From Eledone cirrhosa (lineage: Eukaryota): a stretch of DNA of 64,000 bases. Every line of letters begins with the position of its first letter. The first letter of the stretch is position 1. The notes under the pieces were generated by a model that saw only the letters and a program-made list of their open reading frames with translations, was not told the DNA's origin and ran no database searches. The DNA is taken from positions 29,326,001-29,390,000 of the forward strand of contig OZ024744.1 of NCBI GenBank assembly GCA_964016885.1, read 5' to 3'. This document shows positions 16,101-28,807 of the stretch, piece by piece. The translations under genes and the position numbers were made by a program.

Positions 16101-19100
16101 AACACACCGAGCATTATAATAAATGTTCGGTGAATCCATACGTACATATGTATATGTGTGCATGTATGTATATATTTATACATACTACTGTACGTCTGTA
16201 TACATATATGTATGTACATACTTATATTTAAGTAATAGCCGTACTAAGAGTGGGAAATGAAATTTCGTTTCATTCTTTACGTTTATCGTTTTCGGTGCAC
16301 CCGGCCGATTAACCCACTCGATATGCAAATTGGGCTACTCAGCCGTTAATATGCATAAGGTAAGTATATACGTTCACAATCTCGCAGGAAGGTATACGTT
16401 GCTGACGATAGCTAATAAGCTTGAAACTAGTACAGCGTTCCTTTGTCAGTGTTGAACAAACGAGCAACGATGGTTGCTGGACACTAGGGCTTAATACGGG
16501 ATGTTTGTTTACAAACACACCGAGCATTATAATAAATGTTCGGTGAATCCATACGTACATATGTATATGTGTGCATGTATGTACATATATATACATACTA
16601 ATGTACGTCGGTATACATATATATATGTACGTGTACATACTTATATTTAAGTAAGAGCCGTACTAAGAGTGGGAATGAAATCTCGTTTCATTTTTTTCGT
16701 TTATCGTTTTCGGTGCACCCGGTCGATTAACCCACTCGATATGCAAATTGGGCTACTCAGCCGTTAATATGCATAAGGTAAGTATATACGTTCACAATCT
16801 GGCAGGAAGGTATACATTGCTGACGATAGCTAATAAGCTTGAAACTAGTACAGCCTTCCTTTGTCAGCGTTGAACAAACGAGCAACGATGGTTGCTTGAG
16901 ACTACGGCTTAATACGGGATGTTTGTTTACAAACACACCGAGCATTATAATAAATGTTCGGTGAATCCATACGTACATATATATATGTGTGCGCATGTAT
17001 GTATATATATATACATACTACTGTACGTCTGTATACATATATATATATGTACGTGTACATACTTATATTTAAGTACCAGCCGTACTAAGTTTTGGAAATT
17101 AAATCTCGTTTCATTTTTTCCGTTTATCGTTTTCGGTGCACCCGGCCGATTAATCCACTCGATATGCAAATTGGGCTACTCAGCCGTTAATATGCATAAG
17201 GTAAGAATCTGGCAGGAGGGTATACGTTGCTGACGATAGCTAATAAGCTTGAAACTATTACAGCGTTCCTTTGTCAGTGTTGAACATACGAGCAACGATG
17301 GTTGCTGGACACGACGGCTTAATACGGGCTGTTTGTTTACAAACACACCGAGCATTATAATAAATGTTCGGTGAATCCATACGTACATAGATATATGTGT
17401 GCATGTATGTATATATATATACATAATACTGTACGTCTGTATACATATATGTATGTACGTGTACATACTTATATATAAGTAATAGCCGTACTAAGAGTGG
17501 GAAATGAAATCACGTTTCATTTTTTCCGTTTATCGTTTTCGGTGCACCCGGCCGATTAACCCACTCGATATGCAAATTGGGCTACTCAGCCGTTAATATG
17601 CATAAGGTAAGTATATACGTTCACAATCTGCCAGGAAGATATACGTTGGTGACGATAGCTAATAAGCTTGAAACTAGTACAGCGTTCCTTTGTCAGTGTT
17701 GAACAAACGAGCAACGATGGTTGCTGGACACTACGGCTTAATACGGGATGTTTGTTTACAAACACACCGAGCATTATAATAAATGTTCGGCGAATCCATA
17801 CGTACATATGTATATGTGTGCATGTATGTATATATATATACATACTAATGTACGTCTGTATACATATATATATGCACGTGTACATACTTATATTTAAGTA
17901 AGAGCCGTACTAAGAGTGAGAATGAAATCTCGTTTCATTTTTTTCGTTTATCGTTTTCGGTGCACCCGGCCGATTAACCCACTCGATATGCAAATTGGGC
18001 TACTCAGCCGTTAATATGCATAAGGTAAGTATATACGTTCACAATCTCGCAGGAAGGTATACGTTGCTGACGATAGCTAATAAGCTTGAAACTAGTACAG
18101 CGTTCCTTTGTCAGTTTGAACAAACGAGCAACGGTGGTTGCTAGACACTACGGCTTAATACGGGATGTTTGTTTACAAACACACCGAGCATTATTATAAA
18201 TGTTCGGTGAATCCATACGTACATATATATATGTGTGCATGTATGTATATATATATATACATACTACTGTACGTCTGTATACATATATGTATGTACATAC
18301 TTATATTTAAGTAATAGCCGTACTAAGAGTGGGAAATGAAATTTCGTTTCATTTTTTACGTTTATCGTTTTCGGCGCACCCGGCCGATTAACCCACTCGA
18401 TATGCAACTTGGGCTACTCAGCCGTTAATATGCATAAGGTAAGTATATACGTTCACAATCTCGCAGGAAGGTATACGTTGCTGACGATAGCTAATAAGCT
18501 TGAAACTAGTACAGCGTTCCTTTGTCAGTGTTGAACAAACGAGCAACGATGGTTGCTGGACACTAGGGCTTAATACGGGATGTTTGTTTACAAACACACC
18601 GAGCATTATAATAAATGTTCGGTGAATCCATACGTACATATGTATATGTGTGCATGTATGTACATATATATACATACTAATGTACGTCTGTATACATATA
18701 TATATGTACGTGTACGTACTTATATTTAAGTAACACCCGTACTAAGAGTGGGAATGAAATCTCGTTTCATTTTTTTCGTTTATCGTTTTCGGTGCACCCG
18801 GCCGATTAACCCACTCGATATGCAAATTGGGCTACTCAGCCGTTAATATGCATAAGGTAAGTATATACGTTCACAATCTGGCAGGAAGGTATACATTGCT
18901 GACGATAGCTAATAAACTTGAAACTAGTACAGCGTTCCTTTGTCAGCGTTGAACAAACGAGCAACGATGGTTGCTTGAGACTACGGCTTAATACGGGATG
19001 TTTGTTTACAAACACACCGAGCATTATTATAAATGTTCGGTGAATCCATACGTACATATATATATGTGTGCATGTATGTATATATATATATACATACTAC

Positions 19101-22100
19101 TGTACGTCTGTATACATATATATATGTACGTGTACATATTTATATTTAATTAACAGCCGTACTAAGTTTTGGAAATTAAATCTCGTTTTATTTTTTCCGT
19201 TTATCGTTTTCGGTGCATCCGGCCGATTACCCCACTCGATATGCAAATTGGGCTACTCAGCCGTTAATATGCATAAGGTAAGTATATACGTTCACAATCT
19301 GCCAGGAAGATATACGTTGCTGACGATAGCTAATAAGCTTGAAACTAGTACAGCGTTCCTTTGTCAGTGTTGAACAAACGAGCAACGATGGTTGCTGGAC
19401 ACTACGGCTTAATACGGGATGTTTGTTTACAAACACACCGAGCATTATAATAAATGTTCGGTGAATCCATATGTATATGTGTGCATGTATGTATATATTT
19501 ATACATACTACTGTACGTCTGTATACATATATGTATGTACATACTTATATTTAAGTAATAGCCGTACTAAGAGTGGGAAATGAAATTTCGTTTCATTTTT
19601 TACGTTTATCGTTTTCGGCGCACCCGGCCGATTAACCCACTCGATATGCAACTTGGGCTACTCAGCCGTTAATATGCATAAGGTAAGTATATACGTTCAC
19701 AATCTCGCAGGAAGGTATACGTTGCTGACGATAGCTAATAAGCTTGAAACTAGTACAGCGTTCCTTTGTCAGTGTTGAACAAACGAGCAACGATGGTTGC
19801 TGGACACTAGGGCTTAATACGGGATGTTTGTTTACAAACACACCGAGCATTATAATAAATGTTCGGTGAATCCATACGTACATATGTAAATGTGTGCATG
19901 TATGTACATATATATACATACTAATGTACGTCTGTATACATATATATATGTACGTGTACATACTTATATTTAAGTAACACCCGTACTAAGAGTGGGAATG
20001 AAATCTCGTTTCATTTTTTTCGTTTATCGTTTTCGGTGCACCCGGCCGATTAACCCACTCGATATGCAAATTGGGCTACTCAGCCGTTAATATGCATAAG
20101 GTAAGTATATACGTTCACAATCTGGCAGGAAGGTATACATTGCTGACGATAGCTAATAAGCTTGAAACTAGTACAGCGTTCCTTTGTCAGCGTTGAACAA
20201 ACGAGCAACGATGGTTGCTTGAGACTACGGCTTAATACGGGATGTTTGTTTACAAACACACCGAGCATTATAATAAATGTTCGGTGAATCCATACGTACA
20301 TATATATATGTGTGCGCATGTATGTATATATATATACATACTACTGTACGTCTGCATACATATATATGTACGTGTACATACTTATATTTAAGTAACAGCC
20401 GTACTAAGTTTTGGGAATTAAATCTCGTTTCATTTTTTCCGTTTATCGTTTTCGGTGCACCCGGCCGATTAACCCACTCGATATGCAAATTGGGCTACTC
20501 AGCCGTTAATATGCATAAGGTAAGAATCTGGCAGGAAGGTATACGTTGCTGACGATAGCTAATAAGCTTGAAACTAGTACAGCGTTCCTTTGTCAGTGTT
20601 GAACAAACGAGCAACGATGGTTGCTGGACACGACGGCTTAATACGGGATGTTTGTTTACAAACACACCGAGCATTATAATAAATGTTCGGTGAATCCATA
20701 CGTACATAGATATATGTGTGCATGTATGTATATATATATACATAATACTGTACGTCTGTATACATATATGTATGTACGTGTACATACTTATATATAAGTA
20801 ATAGCCGTACTAAGAGTGGGAAATGAAATCACGTTTCATTTTTTCCGTTTATCGTTTTCGGTGCACCCGGCCGATTAACCCACTCGATATGCAAATTGGG
20901 CTACTCAGCCGTTAATATGCATAAGGTAAGTATATACGTTCACAATCTCGCAGGAAGGTATACGTTGGTGACGATAGCTAATAAGCTTGAAACTAGTACA
21001 GCGTTCCTTTGTCAGTTTGAACAAACGAGTAACGGTGGTTGCTAGACACTACGGCTTAATACGGGATGTTTGTTTACAAACACACCGAGCATTATTATAA
21101 ATGTTCGGTGAATCCATACGTACATATATATATGTGTGCATGTATGTATATATATATACATACTACTGTACGTCTGTATACATATATATATGTACGTGTA
21201 CATACTTATAATTAAGTAACAGCCGTACTAAGTTTTGGAAATTAAATCTCGTTTTATTTTTTCCGTTTATCGTTTTCGGTGCACCCGGCCGATTAACCCA
21301 CTCGATATGCAAATTGGGCTACTCAGCCGTTAATATGCATGAGGTAAGTATATACGTTCACAATCTGCCAGGAAGATATACGTTGGTGACGATAGCTAAT
21401 AAGCTTGAAACTAGTACAGCGTTCCTTTGTCAGTGTTGAACAAACGAGCAACGATGGTTGCTGGACACTACGGCTTAATACGGGATGTTTGTTTACAAAC
21501 ACACCGAGCATTATAATAAATGTTCGGTGAATCCATACGTACATATGTATATGTGTGCATGTATGTATATATATATACATACTATCGTACGTCTGTATAC
21601 ATATATATATGTACGTGTACATACTTATATTTAAGTAAGAGCCGTACTAAGAGTGGGAATGAAATCTCGTTTCCTTTTTTTCGTTTATCGTTTTCGGTGC
21701 ACCCGGCCGATTAACCCACTCGATATGCAAATTGGGCTACTCAGCCGTTAATATGCATAAGGTAAGTATATACGTTCACAATCTCGCAGGAAGGTATACG
21801 TTGCTGACGATAGCTAATAAGCTTGAAACTAGTACAGCGTTCCTTTGTCAGCGTTGAACAAACGAGCAACGATGGTTGCTTGAGACTACGGCTTAATACG
21901 GGATGTTTGTTTACAAACACACCGAGCATTATAATAAATGTTCGGTGAATCGATACGTACATATATATATGTGTGCATGTATGTATATATATATACATAC
22001 TACTGTACGTCTGTATACATATATATATGTACGTGTACATACTTATATTTAAGTAACAGCCGTACTAAGTTTTGGAAATTAAATCTCGTTTCATTTTTTC

Positions 22101-25100
22101 CGTTTATCGTTTTCGGTGCACCCGGCCGTTTAACCCACTCGATATGCAAATTGGGCTACTCAGCCGTTAATATGCATAAGGTAAGTATATACGTTCACAA
22201 TCTCGCAGGAAGGTATACGTTGCTGACGATAGCTAATAAGCTTGAAACTAGTACAGCGTTCCTTTGTCAGAGTTGAACAAACGAGCAACGATGGTTGCTT
22301 GAGACTACGGCTTAATACGGGATGTTTGTTTACAAACACACCGAGCATTATAATAAATGTTCGGTGAATCGATACGTACATATATATATGTGTGCATGTA
22401 TGTATATATATATACATACTACTGTACGTCTGTATACATATATATATGTACGTGTACATACTTATATTTAAGTAACAGCCGTACTAAGTTTTGGAAATTA
22501 AATCTCGTTTCATTTTTTCCGTTTATCGTTTTCGGTGCACCCGGCCGTTTAACCCACTCGATATGCAAATTGGGCTACTCAGCCGTTAATATGCATAAGG
22601 TAAGTATATACGTTCACAATCTCGCAGGAAGGTATACGTTGCTGACGATAGCTAATAAGCTTGAAACTAGTACAGCGTTCCTTTGTCAGAGTTGAACAAA
22701 CGAGCAACGATGGTTGCTTGAGACTACGGCTTAATACGGGATGTTTGTTTACAAACACACCGAGCATTATAATAAATGTTCGGTGAATCCATACGTACAT
22801 ATGTATATGTGTGAATGTATGTATATATATATACATACTACTGTACGTCTGTATACATATATATATGTACGTTTACATACTTATATTTAAGTAATAGCCG
22901 TACTAACAGTGGGAAATTAAATTTCGTTTCATTTTTTACCTTTATCGTTTTCGTTGCACCCGGCCGATTAACCCACTCGATATGCAAATTGGGCTACTCA
23001 GCCGTTAATATGCATAAGGTAAGTATATACGTTCACAATCTCGCAGGAAGGTATACGTTGCTGACGATAGCTAATAAGCTTGAAACTAGTACAGCGTTCC
23101 TTTGTCAGTGTTGAACAAACGAGCAACGATGGTTGCTGGACACTAGGGCTTAATACGGGATGTTTGTTTACAAACACACCGAGCATTATAATAAATGTTC
23201 GGTGAATCCATACGTACATATGTATATGTGTGCATGTATGTACATATATATACATACTAATGTACGTCGGTATACATATATATATGTACGTGTACATACT
23301 TATATTTAAGTAATACCCGTACTAAGAGTGGGAATGAAATCTCGTTTCCTTTTTTTCGTTTATCGTTTTCGGTGCACCCGGTCGATTCACCCACTCGATA
23401 TGCAAATTGGGCTACTCAGCCGTTAATATGCATAAGGTAAGTATATACGTTCACAATCTGGCAGGAAGGTATACATTGCTGACGATAGCTAATAAGCTTG
23501 AAACTAGTACAGCGTTCCTTTGTCAGCGTTGAACAAACGAGCAACGATGGTTGCATGAGACTACGGCTTAATACGGGATGTTTGTTTACAAATACACCGA
23601 GCATTATAATAAATGTTCGGTGAATCCATACGTACATATATATATGTGTGCGCATGTATGTATATATATATACATACTACTGTACGTCTGCATACATATA
23701 TATATGTACGTGTACATACTTATATTTAAGTAACAGCCGTACTATGTTTTGGAATTAAATCTCGTTTCATTTTTTCCGTTTATCGTTTTCGGTGCACCCG
23801 GCCGATTAACCCACTCGATATGCAAATTGGGCTACTCAGCCGTTAATATGCATATGGTAAGTATATACGTTCACAATCTCGCAGGACGGTATACGTTGCT
23901 GACGATAGCTAATAAGCTTGAAACTAGTACAGCGTTCCTTTGTCAGAGTTGAACAAACGAGCAACGATGGTTGCTTGAGACTACGGCTTAATACGGGATG
24001 TTTGTTTACAAACACACCGAGCATTATAATAAATGTTCGGTGAATCCATACGTACATATGTATATGTGTGCATGTATGTATATATATATATACATACTAC
24101 TGTACGTCTGTATACATATATATATGTACGTTTACATACTTATATTTAAGTAATAGCCGTACTAAGAATGGGAAATGAAATTTCGTTTCATTTTTTACGT
24201 TTATCGTTTTCGGTGCACCCGGCCGATTAACCAACTCGATATGCAAATTGGGGTACTCAGCCGTTAATATGCATAAGGTAAGTATATACGTTCACAATCT
24301 GGCAGGAAGGTATACGTTGCTGACGATAGCTAATAAGCTTGAAACTAGTACAGCGTTCCTTTGTCAGTGTTGAACAAACGAGCAACGATGGTTGCTGGAC
24401 ACTACGGCTTAATACGGGATGTTTGTTTACAAATACACCGAGCATTATAATAAATGTTCGTTGAATCCATACGTACATATGTATATGTGTGCATGTATGT
24501 ATATATATATACATACTACTGTACGTCTGTATACATATATGTATGTACGTGTACATAATTATATTTAAGTAACAGCCGTACTAAGAGTGGGAAATGAAAT
24601 CACGTTTCATTTTTCCCGTTTATCGTTTTCGGTGCACCCGGCCGATTAACCCACTCGATATGCAAATTGGGCTACTCAGCCGTTAATATGCATAAGGTAA
24701 GTATAAACGTTCACAATCTGGCAGGAAGGTATACGTTGGTGACGATAGCTAATAAGCTTGAAATTAGTACAGCGTTCCTTTGTCAGCGTTGAACAAACGA
24801 GCAACGATGGTTGCTGGACACTACGGCTTAATACGGGATGTTTGTTTACAAACACACCGAGCATTATAATAAATGTTCGTGAATCCATACGTACATATGT
24901 ATATGTGTGCATGTATGTATATATATATACATACTACTGTACGTCTGTATACATATATGTATGTACGTATACATACTTATATTTAAGTAACAGCCGTACT
25001 AAGAGTGGGAAATGAAATTTCGTTTCATTTTTTACGTTTATCGTTTTCGGTGCACCCGGCCGATTAACCAACTCGATATGCAAATTGGAGTACTCAGCCG

Positions 25101-25899
25101 TTAATATGCATAAGGTAAGTATATACGTTCACAATCTCGCAGGAAGGTATACGTTGCTGACGATAGCTAATAAGCTTGAAACTAGTACAGCGTTCCTTTG
25201 TCAGTGTTGAACAAACGAGCAACGATGGTTGCTGGACACTACGGCTTAATACGGGATGTTTGTTTACAAATACACCGAGCATTATAATAAACGTTCGGTG
25301 AATCCATATGTACATATCTATATGTGTGCATGTATGTATATATATATACATACTAATGTACGTCTGTATACATATATATATGTACGTGTACATACTTATA
25401 TTTAAGTAACAGCCGTACTAAGAGTGGGAAATGAAATCTCGTTTCATTTTTTTCGTTTATCGTTTTCGGTGCACCCGGCCGATTAACCCACTCGATATGC
25501 AAATTGGGCTACTCAGCCGTTAATATGCATAAGGTAAGTATATACGTTCACAATCTGGCAGGAAGGTATACGTTGCTGACGATAGCTAATAAGCTTGAAA
25601 CTAGTACAGCGTTCCTTTGTCAGTGTTGAACAAACGAGCACCGATGGTTGCTAGACACTACGACTTAATACGGGATGTTTGTTTACAAACACACCGAGCA
25701 TTATAATAAATGTTCGGTGAATCCATACGTACATATGTATATGTGTGCATGTATGTATATATATATACATACTACTGTACGTCTGTATACATATATGTAT
25801 GTACGTGTACATAATTATATTTAAGTAACAGGCGTACTAAGAGTGGGAAATGAAATTTCGTTCATTTTTACCGTTTATATATATATATATATATATATT

Positions 25900-26079
25900 T
25901 GTTTCTACTTTAGGCAAATGGCCAGCAATTACCCAGTGCATTACTGGTACTTTATTTTATCGACCCCGTAAGGATGAAAGGCAAAGTCAACCTCGGCGGG
26001 ATTTGAACTCAGATCGTAAAGGGACGTAACTATGCTGGAAAGCATGGCGTCCGACCCTCTACCGATACTGCCAATCCAC
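25900..26079 (-). mobile_element. tRNA-derived SINE
   Basis: The minus strand has an A-box-like tggcagtatcggt and a B-box gagttcaaatccc. The body gaccccgtaaggatgaaaggcaaagtcaacctcggcggg is dispersed five times in the window. Confidence 0.85.
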
Positions 26080-26439
26080 ATATATAATGGTCTTCCGTAC
26101 AGTCTCTGCCTTTCCAGATCCCGTCAACAAATTATGGGTCTAACTGATGGTACAGAAGAGATATTTACCCACAGTGGGATCAAGTCTTAAATAACGTGGT
26201 TGAAAAGCGAACTTCTTAAATAATAGCGTTTCCCGTCCTAAGATTTAACACAAAGGGAAGCAAACGAGAGATTAACGAAAGAGTAACGTCTAATTAAACC
26301 TTTTTTATTTTACTTTTACTTCTACGACGAGGCGAGTAATGGCCGCCTTTAAAAAAAAAGCCTAGTCTTCGCGTATCTGAGAAAAATACCAGATTGGTGA
26401 CTAGCACAAATAACACTGCAATATGGCTAGACACATGAA

Positions 26440-26885
26440 AGGCAGTCATACCAGATCATCCTTCACGCGGGATAACAACGACGTGTTCGGGCCTTATTGC
26501 ATAAAGATATCCTTCAAGGTGGGATGTCATAAACTTGTGGGAACTCCATGCCAGGTTTTTGAATGATTTATCCCCTCTATGTTCTGTGTTTTTCGTCTCA
26601 GATACCCATTCATAACTTTCTCTGTAAATTGGTCTATCTTTTTATCCTGTTCGAACATTGTATAGGATCTTCCAATTTCCGCGGGAGAGAGATTTGTATC
26701 AGGCCTTATTCCATATCTCTCCTCCAGATCAGTAGCTACCCTAATGATAATATTTCCTCCATGCTCATATATACATCCATCCATATTGACATCATACGAG
26801 AGCCGAATAGTAACACTGAAGCAACATCTTCAGCAAAGAAAAAGGTCAGTAGCCATCTTGCCCAGGTCTATGGACATGAAAGAAA
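26440..26885 (-). mobile_element. Rearranged fragments of the R4/Dong-type LINE family found at 36962-41168
   Basis: The translation ATDLEERYGIRPD...QDKKIDQFTEKV matches the 37409-40543 ORF. Segment 26780-26885 is an inverted piece (TSYESRIVTLKQHLQQRK). Confidence 0.85.
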
Positions 26886-26889
26886 TAAT

Positions 26890-27043
26890 TGTTTCTACTT
26901 TTGGCACAAGACCAGAAAATACCCAGTACATTACTGGTACTTTATTTCATCGACCTCGTAAGGATGAAAGGCAAAGTTAACCTCGGCGGGATTTGAACTC
27001 AGTCTGTAAAGGGACGTAACTGTGCTTCGAACGCCATGCTTTG
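26890..27043 (-). mobile_element. SINE copy
   Basis: Homologous to 25900-26079. Confidence 0.85.
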
Positions 27044-27068
27044 CATCACAGTTACCTCCCTTGACAGA

Positions 27069-27182
27069 TGAGTTCGAATCCCGCCGAGGTTAACTTTTCC
27101 TTTCATTCTTACGGGGTCGATGAAATAAAGTACCAGTAATGTACTGGTAATTGCTGGCCTTGTGCCAAAAGTAGAAACAATT
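27069..27182 (+). mobile_element. SINE copy in inverted orientation (arm of a local palindrome)
   Basis: Reverse complement of ~26887-27000. Confidence 0.8.
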
Positions 27183-27478
27183 ATTTCCTTCGTGCTCATA
27201 ATCCTGGTCAAGATGGCTACTGACCTTTTTTTCTGCCGAAGATGTTGCTTCAGTGTTACTATTCGGCTCTCGTATGATGTCAATATGGATGTATGTATCT
27301 TGTATGTTTGTATGTATGTATGTATGTATGTATGTATGTATGTATGTATTATTATTGTTGTTATTGTTATTATTATTATTATTATTATTATTGTTATTGT
27401 TATTCCTTGAATCTCAGTCATTGATGTTGGTTAACTGGAAAGTCCGTTGGATTGAATATCAAGCCACTACCTGCAGCC

Positions 27479-28807
27479 TCAGATATTCAGGACGTATCGG
27501 AGGGTTCTTGCTGTTCCAAGCAAGCATGCCTTTTGAAGCGTTCCAAAAAGCGTGAAGGGGCCGATTTTCTTTAACCATCCCTGGAAACTTTTGGAGATAG
27601 TCCCCAGTGCGCCTATGACAATCGGGATCACTTTGACTTCATGGCAGTTCCAAATCCTTTTCACCTCCCACTTTAGGTCCTGGTATCGGTTAATTTTCTC
27701 CCTCTCCTTCTCTTGCACTCTCGTGTCGAACGGGCAGGCCACATCCACAATCAGGCACGAGCTTTTTTCTTTGTCCACAACCACCAGGTCAGGTCTATTG
27801 TGTTCCAGTTTTTTGTCCGTCTGTATCCTAAAATCCCACAGCACCTTCACCTGATTGTTCTCCATCACCGCCTCTGGCCTATGCTCATACCATTTCTCAG
27901 AATGTGGTAGATTGTTTACTTTGCACAGGTGCCAGTGGATCACCCTGCCCATCACATCGTGTCTCCAGCCCTTATAGTGGGTCTGGGCTAGGTGTTTACA
28001 CTCGGACACAATGTGAGCCACAGTCTCCTCTCTCTCTCCACAGATCCTGCACAGTGGGCTGGCCTCCTCCTTGTAGATATGGTGCTTCAACCACTTCGTT
28101 TTGAGGGCCTGCTCCTGCGCAGCCATTAGCATTCCTTCTGTAGCCTTTTTGAGGTCTCCTCTTCTCAACCAGTTCCATGTCTGTGGATCTCTAAATTCAG
28201 TTTTCTCAAAGAAGGTACTATGAAGGGGTTTTCCCTTAAGGCTGCTCTTCCTCCTTGATGTTATTTCCTCCCTGGACATCCCCTGGCCTACTGTCCCCTC
28301 CTTCAGTACAGCTCTGAGCATTGGCTCCTTACTATAGGTCACGTATTTGTATAGGTTGTTTTTCTCCATCTGAACACAGTCCTCTATGCTGATAAGACCT
28401 CTTCCACCCTCAGATCTCCTTAGGTAGAGTCTATCGACATCACTCCTCCTGTGGAACATGTTGTAGATAGTCAATAGCTTCCTAGTCTTCCTATCCATTT
28501 CTTTCTGTTCAGCAACATTCCATCTCAGAATTCCCGCACTGTACCTAACAATAGACACAGCTCGGGAATTTTCTGCGCTTATGGCATTTCTGCTGTTCAG
28601 ATGTGACTTCAATACGCTCCTTACTCTCCGAATGTATTCAGTTCTTAACAATTCCTTCATTTTTTTGTTCTTTATGCCATCAGCCTCCAGAACGCCCAAA
28701 TACTTGTATCCTTCCTCAGAGTCAATTTCCTTTATCATCTCACCTGTTGGTATCTGGATCCCGTTACTTCTGCTCAACCTACCCTCTTCATCACAATGAC
28801 TCCACAT
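27479..28807 (-). CDS. R4/Dong ORF, C-terminal part (thumb, CCHC knuckle, RLE endonuclease)
   Basis: 442-aa frame with YKYLG, GGRGL, CCHC and PD-(D/E)xK-type motifs. Confidence 0.88.
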   Translation of the reverse strand: MWSHCDEEGRLSRSNGIQIPTGEMIKEIDSEEGYKYLGVLEADGIKNKKMKELLRTEYIRRVRSVLKSHLNSRNAISAENSRAVSIVRYSAGILRWNVAEQKEMDRKTRKLLTIYNMFHRRSDVDRLYLRRSEGGRGLISIEDCVQMEKNNLYKYVTYSKEPMLRAVLKEGTVGQGMSREEITSRRKSSLKGKPLHSTFFEKTEFRDPQTWNWLRRGDLKKATEGMLMAAQEQALKTKWLKHHIYKEEASPLCRICGEREETVAHIVSECKHLAQTHYKGWRHDVMGRVIHWHLCKVNNLPHSEKWYEHRPEAVMENNQVKVLWDFRIQTDKKLEHNRPDLVVVDKEKSSCLIVDVACPFDTRVQEKEREKINRYQDLKWEVKRIWNCHEVKVIPIVIGALGTISKSFQGWLKKIGPFTLFGTLQKACLLGTARTLRYVLNI

